The notes under the pieces were generated by a model. That model had not been told where the DNA came from and did not search any database. It saw only the letters and a list, made by a program, of their open reading frames with translations. Positions 16,411 through 25,238 of a stretch of DNA of 64,000 nt are shown here, piece after piece. The DNA lies in assembly GCA_027484085.1 (NCBI GenBank), contig JAIXQF010000010.1:186970-250969 (forward strand), written 5' to 3'. The position numbers were made by a program, and so were the translations under genes. This stretch comes from Actinomycetales bacterium (lineage in GTDB: Bacteria; Actinomycetota; Actinomycetes; S36-B12; UBA5976). How positions within the stretch are numbered: the first letter of the stretch is position 1; each line of letters starts with the position of its first letter.

Positions 16411-17223
16411 TTGCGTAGATTTTTTGGGTTTGTTGTAACCGTTGGAGCTGTGGCTCTTGCTGGTTTAGTTGGCTTTTCCTTAGTTAATTCCTGGCTGAAT
16501 CCAGCGCCATTAACGATTGAGAACATAGACGGCCGGCCGGTAATCACGGCAACACAGCCTGCGTTGAAACCGTTTTCATTCGAGCTAGACAACAGCGGCT
16601 ACGACGTTAGCTATCCGCAATGCGGTAAGTCTCTTCCCACTAAATTTGTTGGCTACACAATCATTGGACTCAATGGCGGCAAACCATTCACTGAGAATAA
16701 GTGTTTCCAAAAGCAATGGGACTGGGCTTTAACTCACGATGCTGTTGCGGTTTACATAAACACGGCTGATCCAGGAGATGAGTCTCCGGTTCGCTACGGA
16801 AAGAAAATTGCTAAAGATACTTTGAAGCGCCTTGATAAATACAGCATCGAAGCCGGTACCCCAATCTGGTTAGACGTCGAGACCTACAACACTTGGACCA
16901 GCGCGGATAGAGCAGTTCAAGTACTAACCGAACTGGCAATTGATTTAACTGCAGCTGGATATCCAGTTGGAATCTATGCACCACCGGTTCATTGGTATGA
17001 AATCACCGGAAATGCCAACGTGGGGTTGCCACTATGGCTTGCAATTGGTCCTTATCCTGACGTGGAAAGTGGAGTAGTGGCTGCCAAGGAAGCTTGCAAT
17101 GAAAATGCCTTTGGCGGAAAAGCCCCAGACATGGTTCAGTTTGTCGCAACCGTTGATGGCGTTGCCTTAGATCGAAACATTATTTGCACCAACCCAGTCG
17201 GGCTTGTTGCGCCAACTCGCTAA
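16411..17223 (+). CDS. Secreted protein with a glycoside-hydrolase-like (DUF1906 / Rv2525c-like) domain
   Basis: TTG start and an N-terminal signal/TM segment (FFGFVVTVGAVALAGLVGF). GYDVSYPQCG and WLDVE motifs resemble the GH25-like TIM-barrel family. Confidence 0.45.
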   Translation: MRRFFGFVVTVGAVALAGLVGFSLVNSWLNPAPLTIENIDGRPVITATQPALKPFSFELDNSGYDVSYPQCGKSLPTKFVGYTIIGLNGGKPFTENKCFQKQWDWALTHDAVAVYINTADPGDESPVRYGKKIAKDTLKRLDKYSIEAGTPIWLDVETYNTWTSADRAVQVLTELAIDLTAAGYPVGIYAPPVHWYEITGNANVGLPLWLAIGPYPDVESGVVAAKEACNENAFGGKAPDMVQFVATVDGVALDRNIICTNPVGLVAPTR

Positions 17224-17377
17224 ATCCCGCTAAATCTCCCGGAAATTCCTTAATTTGCTGGACTCTGGCCAAAATGCAAGCTAATGTGCAAAATTTACTC
17301 CCTTTTACTCCACCTATAAAACACTGAATAAATTGTCGATATTTGTTAACAATGGGAAAATTGGTGTCTAAATAGGG

Positions 17378-17429
17378 TTGACAGTGGAGCAAAAGGGAGT
17401 AATCTGGGACTACGAGGTGACCTGGGGAA
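17378..17429 (+). promoter_or_regulatory. Candidate mraZ/dcw promoter (TTGACA-16-TAATCT) overlapped by phased G-rich pentamers (candidate MraZ operator)
   Basis: TTGACA at 17378-17383 and TAATCT at 17400-17405. Pentamers TGGAG (17385), GGGAG (17395), TGGGA (17405), AGGTG (17415) and GGGAA (17425) recur at an exact 10-bp period. Confidence 0.4.
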
Positions 17430-17459
17430 GGGTTGCCATTGGTTTAGGCGGTGTTTCAG

Positions 17460-17882
17460 GTGTTCTTAGGTACCCACACCCCAAAACTGGACGAAAAAGG
17501 CCGCCTGATTTTGCCGGCCAAATTCCGCGAACCACTAGGCGATGGCCTGGTTATGACCAAGGGTCAAGAGCGCTGCGTAGTCATCTGGCCAAACGATCAG
17601 TTCAATGAATTTGCCGAGAGCTTGCGCCGTCGCTCCCAAAATAATGAAAAGGTTCGCGCCTATACCCGAGTCTTTTTCTCCTCAGCTTTTGATGACTCAG
17701 CCGACAAGCAAGGTCGCGTCACTATTCCTGCTCCACTTCGCGAGTGGGCCGGCCTTGACCGCGAATTAGTTGTAGTCGGTGCTGACACACGAATTGAAGT
17801 CTGGGCAACTGTGGCTTGGAACCAGTACTTAGAGGCACAAGAACCTGGCTTTGCCGCACTTGATGAAGACGTAATGCCATGA
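17460..17882 (+). CDS. mraZ: Transcriptional regulator MraZ
   Basis: (M)FLGTHTPKLDEKGRLILPAKFR plus a second DKQGRVTIPAPLR repeat, i.e. the duplicated SpoVT/AbrB-like halves. I preferred the GTG at 17460 over 17451 because of spacing from AGGCGG. Confidence 0.9.
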   Translation: MFLGTHTPKLDEKGRLILPAKFREPLGDGLVMTKGQERCVVIWPNDQFNEFAESLRRRSQNNEKVRAYTRVFFSSAFDDSADKQGRVTIPAPLREWAGLDRELVVVGADTRIEVWATVAWNQYLEAQEPGFAALDEDVMP

Positions 17883-17926
17883 GTTCCAACCAATTGATCG
17901 CAATCACAACATCAGCTAAAGAAAAT

Positions 17927-18018
17927 GATGCTGCCTTTGGCCTCTGGCTGTTGGCACGATCCTGGCGCACCTTCCCCGGTGCCAGGCTCACCAACGGCCA
18001 GGGACTAAAGGCAGCATC
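17927..18018 (+). ncRNA. 92-nt extended hairpin in the mraZ-rsmH spacer (probably the actinobacterial 'mraW' RNA motif)
   Basis: Three stacked helices. Helix 1 is 12 bp: GAUGCUGCCUUU (17927-38) with AAAGGCAGCAUC (18007-18). Helix 2 is 13 bp: 17942-54 with 17991-18003. Helix 3 is about 8 bp: CCUGGCGC (17961-68) with GUGCCAGG (17979-86). Confidence 0.55.
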
Positions 18019-18036
18019 AAGATTTGAAATTGCGCA

Positions 18037-18990
18037 ATGAATACGTTCACTCATGAGCCGGTATTGCGCCAACGTTGCTTGGATCTATTAGCACCAGCAA
18101 TTAGTGCGAACAACGCAGTATTAGTTGATGCAACTCTTGGGCTTGGCGGACATACTGAATCCGCACTAATTGAGTTTCCTAATCTTCGTGTAATTGGAAT
18201 TGACCGGGATCCAGAGGCCTTGGCGATGTCGCAAGAGCGTCTTGCCAAATTCGCACCGCGAGTTGATTTCGCGCTAGCCGTTTACGACGAGATTCCAGAA
18301 GTTTTAGCAAGCTTGAATATCGAGCACGTGCAAGGCATCTTGTTTGACCTTGGTGTTTCTTCGATGCAACTAGACAAAGATCAGCGTGGATTCACCTACT
18401 CGCGCAATGCGCCACTAGACATGCGCATGGATGGCACAACCGGTCAAACCGCAGCCGACATTGTTAACAATTATGACTTTGCAAACTTGGCTCGAATCCT
18501 TCGGGAATATGGCGAAGAACGATTTGCCGGCCGAGTTGCAAATGCAATCATTCGCGAACGTGAGGTAAAGCCATTCACTAACAGCGACCATTTGGTAACT
18601 GTGGTTCGTGACGCCATCCCGGCAGCAACCCGTCGCACTGGTGGCAATCCTGCCAAGCGAACTTTCCAAGCGCTTCGAATTGAAGTTAATGATGAGCTAG
18701 CAGTACTAGAGCGTGCAATTCCTGCCGCGCTTGGTTGCTTGGACCTTGATGGTCGCATTGTAGTTCTTTCGTATCACTCACTTGAAGATCGCATCGTGAA
18801 GAACGCATTGCGCGTTGGAACTGAATCAACAACACCAATTGAAATGCCGATCATTCCTGAGTCCGACAAGCCATGGCTGCAGTTATTGACTCGTGGGTCT
18901 GAAGCAGCAAGTGAAGAAGAGATTACTGAAAACTCACGCGCTACCTCCGTACGTTTGCGTGCGGCACAGCGAATCGGGGTGGCTGCATGA
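18037..18990 (+). CDS. rsmH: 16S rRNA (cytosine1402-N4)-methyltransferase RsmH (MraW)
   Basis: 317 aa with HEPVL, DATLGLGGH, FDLGVSSMQLD and SYHSLEDR motifs. Confidence 0.92.
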   Translation: MNTFTHEPVLRQRCLDLLAPAISANNAVLVDATLGLGGHTESALIEFPNLRVIGIDRDPEALAMSQERLAKFAPRVDFALAVYDEIPEVLASLNIEHVQGILFDLGVSSMQLDKDQRGFTYSRNAPLDMRMDGTTGQTAADIVNNYDFANLARILREYGEERFAGRVANAIIREREVKPFTNSDHLVTVVRDAIPAATRRTGGNPAKRTFQALRIEVNDELAVLERAIPAALGCLDLDGRIVVLSYHSLEDRIVKNALRVGTESTTPIEMPIIPESDKPWLQLLTRGSEAASEEEITENSRATSVRLRAAQRIGVAA

Positions 18991-19445
18991 GCGCAGTTCC
19001 AGCTCGCACTCCAGCTCTTGCACCAATTCCACGCAAATCTAAAACTATGCGGAGGCTTTCATTAGTAAAGCCAATAGTTAAGCCGATCGTTTCTCCGATT
19101 GCCCAAGCCATCCCAGTCGGAGTTCCACAGGGTCGAGCTAGCAGTCGGACATTCCTATTTGTAATTATCGGAATGATTATTACCGGCATGATGCTGTTGC
19201 TCTATGTAAACACTTTGGCTGCGCAAGCGTCATTCCAAAAGCATGCTTTGCAGATTGAACTAAGCCAAATGACGGCTGAAGAACAAACTATTGCAAGTGC
19301 CGTGGCAGCTGGTGAGTCACCAGGAAACCTATTGATCACCGCACAAAAGATGGGCATGGTTCCAGCCGAGACTCCAGTTTTTCTCCGGCTTTCAGATCGA
19401 GAGATTCTAGGTAAACCAGTTGTGGCTTCAGCGGCGGGCCGATGA
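18987..19445 (+). CDS. FtsL-like septation membrane protein
   Basis: 152 aa with a single TM helix (TFLFVIIGMIITGMMLLLYV) followed by a coiled-coil-like segment. The position between rsmH and ftsI fits FtsL, and both ends overlap the neighbouring genes. It contains a small VKPIVKPIVSPIA repeat. Confidence 0.6.
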   Translation: MSAVPARTPALAPIPRKSKTMRRLSLVKPIVKPIVSPIAQAIPVGVPQGRASSRTFLFVIIGMIITGMMLLLYVNTLAAQASFQKHALQIELSQMTAEEQTIASAVAAGESPGNLLITAQKMGMVPAETPVFLRLSDREILGKPVVASAAGR

Positions 19446-21256
19446 ATACCCCGATGACAGAGCAGCATCAAAATCCACAAGGTCCACAGCGACCTCAGAG
19501 TTCCAACCAAAGATATGTCCAAGCCGGACCAGTTATGATCCCGCTTGAGAGTCCAAAGAAGCGCATTCGATTCATAACTATTGTGTTTCTCGTCGTTATG
19601 TCGCTTTACATGGCACGTTTAGTAGAACTTCAAGTTGTACGCGGTCCAGAACTTGCGGCCAACGCCCAAAACTCCAGATTGCAAACATTAGTGCTGCCTG
19701 CGTTACGAGGAAATTTCACCGATAGCAATGGAATCCCAATTGCAACGACAGTGATGGCAAGAAATGTCACTGTTGATCCAACGTTGATTAAAGACCCAGC
19801 TGGAACTGCTGCAGCATTGTCACCAATTCTAGGAATCCCAGTCGACACGATCATTGAATCCTTAACTGTTGATTCTCGATTCTCATATGTCGCTAAACGA
19901 ATCACGCCAGAGACTTGGAAAGCAGTCGCAGCGCTTGGAATCCCTGGGGTATTCAGCGAACCAACAACAAATCGGGTTTATCCAAACGGATCCCTAGCAG
20001 CCAGTGTTATTGGTTATGTAGGCGCTGAAGGCACTGGTCTTGGTGGACTTGAATATGGACTGAACGAACAGTTAATGGGCCAGGATGGAAAGCTCACGGT
20101 TGAGCGAGTAAACGGTCGTGAAATTCCAACGAGCGAGCGCCAGAGCATTGATCCAGTAAACGGTCTTTCAGTTCGATTAACCATTGACTCAAATCTGCAA
20201 GCGATGTTGGAAAAGTCTTTGGGTGAACAAGTTAAAGCTACGGGCGCTGAAGGTGGCGTAGCAGTAATCATGGAACCAGGAACCGGAAACGTTCTGGCGA
20301 TGGCAACTTTCCCAACCTTTGATCCAAACAAACCATTTGACACTGATGACAAGGCAAAACGAAATACAACAGTGACTGATGTTTTCGAACCTGGCTCGAC
20401 AAGCAAAGTTATGACCATGGCTTCAGTAATTGAAGAAGGCGGAGCTAACCCATCATCGCAGTACACAGTTGAGAATCGTCTAAGTCGTGGTGGTACTTCA
20501 TTCAAGGATTACCAGGATCACAAAACTTTGAAACTTACATTGGCTGGCGTACTTGCTAAGTCAAGTAACATCGGAACAATTTTGGCCGCCGAATCAATTG
20601 GTGAAAAGAAGTTATACGAGTACTTAAAGAAATTTGGAATTGGTAAGTCAACTGGCATGAACTTTCCAGGTGAAAGTGGCGGCAAGTTACCGGACATCAA
20701 TAATGAGAGTGAATGGTCAGATACAACATTCCCAACATTGGCATTCGGCCAAGGCTTGTCGGTCAACGCAGTTCAAGCGACCAGCGTGTTCGCCACAATT
20801 GCAAATGATGGCGTGCGAATGCTGCCCAGACTTATCGCCGGATACTCAAATAGCGAGGGTGTCTATGAACCGAGCCGAGTTGACGAGGGCGTTCGAGTTG
20901 TAAGTGCAGAGACCGCAAAAACCGTGAGGGAAATGCTCGAAGTGGTTGTTTCTGCTGACGGAACCGCAAAAAATCTGCAGATCCCTGGCTACCGCGTTGG
21001 TGGAAAGACTGGAACTGCAAACCGTTACAGCGAAACAACGGGTGGATACAGCGGGTACACATCTTCGTTCATTGGAATGGCTCCAGCCGAAAAGCCTGCA
21101 CTTGTAATGAGCGTCAGTATTCATAATCCAAAGACCAGTACTTACGGCAGTGTTGTCGCTGGACCTGTGTTTAAAGAAGTTATGACTTACGCGCTTGCCT
21201 ACAAAAAGATTCCACCTTCAACCACAAACCCTCCCAAGCTTCCCGTTACGTGGTAA
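19442..21256 (+). CDS. ftsI: Class B penicillin-binding protein / septal transpeptidase (FtsI/PbpB)
   Basis: 604 aa with an N-terminal TM helix and the motifs STSK, KSSN and KTGTA. Confidence 0.88.
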   Translation: MNTPMTEQHQNPQGPQRPQSSNQRYVQAGPVMIPLESPKKRIRFITIVFLVVMSLYMARLVELQVVRGPELAANAQNSRLQTLVLPALRGNFTDSNGIPIATTVMARNVTVDPTLIKDPAGTAAALSPILGIPVDTIIESLTVDSRFSYVAKRITPETWKAVAALGIPGVFSEPTTNRVYPNGSLAASVIGYVGAEGTGLGGLEYGLNEQLMGQDGKLTVERVNGREIPTSERQSIDPVNGLSVRLTIDSNLQAMLEKSLGEQVKATGAEGGVAVIMEPGTGNVLAMATFPTFDPNKPFDTDDKAKRNTTVTDVFEPGSTSKVMTMASVIEEGGANPSSQYTVENRLSRGGTSFKDYQDHKTLKLTLAGVLAKSSNIGTILAAESIGEKKLYEYLKKFGIGKSTGMNFPGESGGKLPDINNESEWSDTTFPTLAFGQGLSVNAVQATSVFATIANDGVRMLPRLIAGYSNSEGVYEPSRVDEGVRVVSAETAKTVREMLEVVVSADGTAKNLQIPGYRVGGKTGTANRYSETTGGYSGYTSSFIGMAPAEKPALVMSVSIHNPKTSTYGSVVAGPVFKEVMTYALAYKKIPPSTTNPPKLPVTW

Positions 21257-22737
21257 CTCCAGTGACTCGTCCAAAGACCAATGGTTCTGAACTGTCACAA
21301 CTCGCCGCGTTAGTTTCGGCAACAATTTCCGATGAGGCAACCGTTTATGGCATCACTCATGACTCAAAATCCGTGCAACCTGGTGATCTATACGTTGCGC
21401 TGCAGGGTGCAAATCGACACGGCATTGAATTTATCGACGAAGCAATTGCAAATGGCGCAGTAGCTATTGCCTCTGATTCGCACGGCGCCACAATTTCTAA
21501 ACAAAAGGGTCTTCCCGCAATCCAATTGGTAAATGCCAGACAAGACATGGCGTTTATTGCTGCGAAGATTTACGGCAACCCAGAATCAAAATTGATTTTT
21601 GCTGGCGTCACCGGCACGAATGGAAAAACTACAACCACCCACATGCTCCGATCCATTTTCTTGGATGCTGGTAAGCGGGTCGGAGTAATTGGAACCCTGG
21701 GTACCTACTTAGACGAAGAGCACTTGCCAGGTGCTCGGACTACCCCTGAGTCCACAGACCTATTTGCAACTCTGGCCCTGATGGTTGAGCGCGGAATTAC
21801 TCATGTGTTTATGGAGGTTTCAAGCCATGCACTCACTTTGCACCGCGTAGCAGGAATCAAATTTGATGTAGCGGTGTTTACAAACCTGACTCAAGATCAT
21901 TTAGATTTCCATGGTTCCATGGAGAACTATTTTGAAGCTAAATCTCTGTTGTTTACAGCTGATTATGCAAAGGCTGCAGTCATATGTGTAGATGATGACT
22001 GGGGAATGAAACTTGCGTCAACTACGTCAGTTCCTGCATTAACCATTGGTCGTGAGGGCAACTGGAAAACCTCTGAAGTAGTTTCAGCAGCCACTGGAGT
22101 CACGACTCAAACCATCGAAATTGCGGACACTGATTCCATTTCCTTGTCAGTCAACATGCTTGGTTCTTACAACGCCATGAATGCCGCTTGTGCACTTGCG
22201 GCTTGTCAGTTACTGGGAATGTCAATTGCAAGCAGCCTGGAATCTTTAAAGAAGGTTAGGTCAATCCCAGGCAGACTCGAACAAGTTTCAATCGCGAGTC
22301 CTGGAACGGCCATAGTGGATTACGCACACACGCCTGATGCTGTCGCTACAGTTCTTACGGTCATTAAGGACGCAAATCCAAATCGCATAATTACAGTCAT
22401 TGGCTGTGGCGGGGATCGCGATTCTGCAAAACGACCTTTGATGGGCAAGGTAGCTGCCCAACTTTCAAACATAGTCATCGTTACTGATGACAACCCGAGA
22501 TCTGAAGATCCATCTGCAATTCGTAGCGCCATAATTGCCGGGACTAAGGGTTGCCCAGCCGAGATTCTTGAAGTGGCAGATCGAAGAGCTGCAATAGCGA
22601 AAGCACTAAGTCTTGCCAGCTCAGACGATGTAATCGCAGTACTCGGTAAAGGTCATGAGTCAGGTCAAGAAGTTGCTGGCGAACTAATTCCGTTTGATGA
22701 TCGAGATGTAGTCAGGCAGGAGTCTGAAAATGTTTGA
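21250..22737 (+). CDS. murE: UDP-N-acetylmuramoyl-L-alanyl-D-glutamate--2,6-diaminopimelate ligase
   Basis: GVTGTNGKTTTTHM P-loop and the DNPRSEDP motif. The start could be the GTG at 21250 or at 21262. Confidence 0.9.
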   Translation: MVTPVTRPKTNGSELSQLAALVSATISDEATVYGITHDSKSVQPGDLYVALQGANRHGIEFIDEAIANGAVAIASDSHGATISKQKGLPAIQLVNARQDMAFIAAKIYGNPESKLIFAGVTGTNGKTTTTHMLRSIFLDAGKRVGVIGTLGTYLDEEHLPGARTTPESTDLFATLALMVERGITHVFMEVSSHALTLHRVAGIKFDVAVFTNLTQDHLDFHGSMENYFEAKSLLFTADYAKAAVICVDDDWGMKLASTTSVPALTIGREGNWKTSEVVSAATGVTTQTIEIADTDSISLSVNMLGSYNAMNAACALAACQLLGMSIASSLESLKKVRSIPGRLEQVSIASPGTAIVDYAHTPDAVATVLTVIKDANPNRIITVIGCGGDRDSAKRPLMGKVAAQLSNIVIVTDDNPRSEDPSAIRSAIIAGTKGCPAEILEVADRRAAIAKALSLASSDDVIAVLGKGHESGQEVAGELIPFDDRDVVRQESENV

Positions 22738-24169
22738 TCTAACTCTTGGGCAAGTTTGTGAAATTGTAGGTGGCAAGTTAATTGGCGATGCCACAATTCG
22801 GGTTTCTGGTGTATCGATCGATTCTCGGCATACGAAACCAGGTGACCTGTTTGCGGCAATTGCAGGTGAGCGCGTAGATGGCCACGCCTTTACTGATCAG
22901 GCAATCAAACTCGGTGCAAGTGCCCTACTAACTTCAAGGGAAGTTGCTGGGGATCAAGTAATTGTTCCGGCTTCTCCTGATGCACTTGACCCTGCGATCC
23001 ACGCAATCGCAAAACTATCCGCGCACGTAAGAGCAGGAATGCATGGAGTCGAAGTAGTAGGCGTAACTGGATCATCTGGCAAAACTTCAACAAAAGACAT
23101 GATTGGTCAGATCTTGTCGCATGCTGGTGTGACACATGCGCCAGCTGGATCACAAAACAACGAATTGGGTTTACCGCTGACCTTGCTTTCCGCTCCGTTT
23201 GATGTCAAGTATCTAGTTGCTGAAATGGGCATGCGCGGTCTAGGGCACATTTCGCACTTGTGCGATTTAGCGAAACCAACAATTGGCGTAGTCACCAACG
23301 TTGGCAGAGCGCACATAGGTGAAGTGGGAAGCATAGAAGCAATCGCCAAAGCAAAATCTGAATTGGTAAGTGCAATTCCGTCATCAGGGGTTGTTGTTCT
23401 TAACGCAGACGATGAACGCGTGATTGCCATGCGGACATTAACTGAAGCAACGGTATTTTCTTACGGACTATCTGAATCTGCAGATGTTAGGGCCGAAAAC
23501 TTGCATTTGACTTCATACGGAAGCTACAACTTTGATTTGGTTTATCGGGGCGATCGAATTCCAGCCTCAATTCCGATGTTAGGTGAACACAACGTATTGA
23601 ACGCCCTGGCCGCTGCTGCAGTAGGTATCGCAGTAGGTATGGAAATCGAAGATATCGCACGAGCTCTGACAACGCTTAAGCAAATGAGCAAGTGGCGAAT
23701 GGAAGTTCATCAGATTCCTGGAAATGTGACCATCATCAATGATGCCTACAACGCAAACCCAGAATCGATGTCTGCCGCACTGCATACTCTGACAGCAATC
23801 CCGGCAACTGGTAGGTCCTTCGCGATCCTAGGCAAGATGCATGAGCTGGGCACCACTAGTGATGAAATTCATTCGCAGGTTGCCAAGCTTGCAATTGAAC
23901 TAGGTGTGGCACGAGTCGTTGCAGTTGGCGAACTCGCCACATCTTATGGACTACCAGCGATGTCTAGTGAAGTTTCAGGCGACGAGTCATCAGGTGTTAA
24001 TGGCCAAGATTCGGTGTGGTTGCCCGATTTTGTTCAGGCTTGCGACTACATTGTTAATCAAGTTAACTCAGGCGACATTTTGTTGTTCAAAGCTTCTCGT
24101 GCTGAACAATTTGAAGTGCTAGCCGAGCAAATTGAAACTGCATTACGCGCGAAGTGGGGCCAACAGTGA
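22730..24169 (+). CDS. murF: UDP-N-acetylmuramoyl-tripeptide--D-alanyl-D-alanine ligase
   Basis: GVTGSSGKTSTKDM P-loop and NDAYNANPESM. Its start overlaps the murE stop. Confidence 0.9.
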   Translation: MFDLTLGQVCEIVGGKLIGDATIRVSGVSIDSRHTKPGDLFAAIAGERVDGHAFTDQAIKLGASALLTSREVAGDQVIVPASPDALDPAIHAIAKLSAHVRAGMHGVEVVGVTGSSGKTSTKDMIGQILSHAGVTHAPAGSQNNELGLPLTLLSAPFDVKYLVAEMGMRGLGHISHLCDLAKPTIGVVTNVGRAHIGEVGSIEAIAKAKSELVSAIPSSGVVVLNADDERVIAMRTLTEATVFSYGLSESADVRAENLHLTSYGSYNFDLVYRGDRIPASIPMLGEHNVLNALAAAAVGIAVGMEIEDIARALTTLKQMSKWRMEVHQIPGNVTIINDAYNANPESMSAALHTLTAIPATGRSFAILGKMHELGTTSDEIHSQVAKLAIELGVARVVAVGELATSYGLPAMSSEVSGDESSGVNGQDSVWLPDFVQACDYIVNQVNSGDILLFKASRAEQFEVLAEQIETALRAKWGQQ

Positions 24170-25233
24170 AGCTTGTAGTCCTCGCTGGTGCGCTTGCGAC
24201 GATGTTTTCTCTAATTGGAACACCAGTACTGATTAACTTGCTTCGCAAACGGGGAATCGCTCAGGCTATCCGCGAATCTACCCAAGACGTTAACTACCCA
24301 GAACATGGCAGCAAGCGGGGCACTCCTTCCATGGGAGGAGTAGCAATTGTCGGTTCTGTTGTTCTCGCTTATTTCTTGGCGCATTTGATCTTGGGACAAC
24401 CAGTAACAGCATCAGGCTTACTGGCTATCTATTTGATGTTTGCGCTTAGCTTGGTAGGCCTAGCCGATGACTACTTAAAGATTTTTAAACAACGCAGCAC
24501 AGGCATTAGAGCCAGAACTAAGCTTCTCGGTCAAGCGGTTGCAGCACTTTCCTTCGGTTATTTGGCAATGCAGTTTCCGGACGAAGGTGGAAACTTGCCG
24601 ATCAGCAATGCCATCTCGTGGGTAAGAGACACCAGCTGGATTCTTCCTTCGGCTTTGGTTTTGATTTGGATTTGGTTCCTAGTCACTGGAATTACCAACG
24701 GCGTGAATTTAACTGACGGCTTGGATGGGCTAGCAATTGGCGCCGCCTTGTTATCGTTCGTTGCCTATACCGTGATGTCGATTTGGCAATACGGTCAAAG
24801 TTGCTTCTGGGGTGAGATTCCTCGCTGTTATACAGTTCGAGATCCATTAGATTTGGCAGTCTTTGCAGCAGCTACCGCGGGTGCTTGCTTTGGATTCTTA
24901 TGGTGGAACTCCAGCCCGGCAAGAATCTTTATGGGTGACACCGGCTCTCTTGCGCTTGGCGGCGGACTTGCTGCTCTAGCACTAATGACCCGAACCGAAT
25001 TACTCCTAGGTTTAATCGGTGGATTGTTCGTCTTGATAACAATTTCTGTTATCGCACAGGTTGGTTCCTACAAACTGACTGGTCGACGAGTATTGCGTAT
25101 GGCGCCACTACATCATCATTTTGAGATGAGTGGTTGGCCGGAAGTTCTAATTGTGGTTCGGTTCTGGATCATCCAAGGACTCTGTGTCGGTGCCGGTATG
25201 GCTTTGTTTTATGCGGAATGGGTTAGGCAGTAA
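24166..25233 (+). CDS. mraY: Phospho-N-acetylmuramoyl-pentapeptide transferase
   Basis: Polytopic membrane protein with NGVNLTDGLDGLA, GDTGSLALGG and APLHHHFE. The GTG at 24166 forms a GTGA overlap with the murF stop; the alternative start is the GTG at 24154. Confidence 0.9.
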   Translation: MKLVVLAGALATMFSLIGTPVLINLLRKRGIAQAIRESTQDVNYPEHGSKRGTPSMGGVAIVGSVVLAYFLAHLILGQPVTASGLLAIYLMFALSLVGLADDYLKIFKQRSTGIRARTKLLGQAVAALSFGYLAMQFPDEGGNLPISNAISWVRDTSWILPSALVLIWIWFLVTGITNGVNLTDGLDGLAIGAALLSFVAYTVMSIWQYGQSCFWGEIPRCYTVRDPLDLAVFAAATAGACFGFLWWNSSPARIFMGDTGSLALGGGLAALALMTRTELLLGLIGGLFVLITISVIAQVGSYKLTGRRVLRMAPLHHHFEMSGWPEVLIVVRFWIIQGLCVGAGMALFYAEWVRQ

Positions 25234-25238
25234 ACAGC

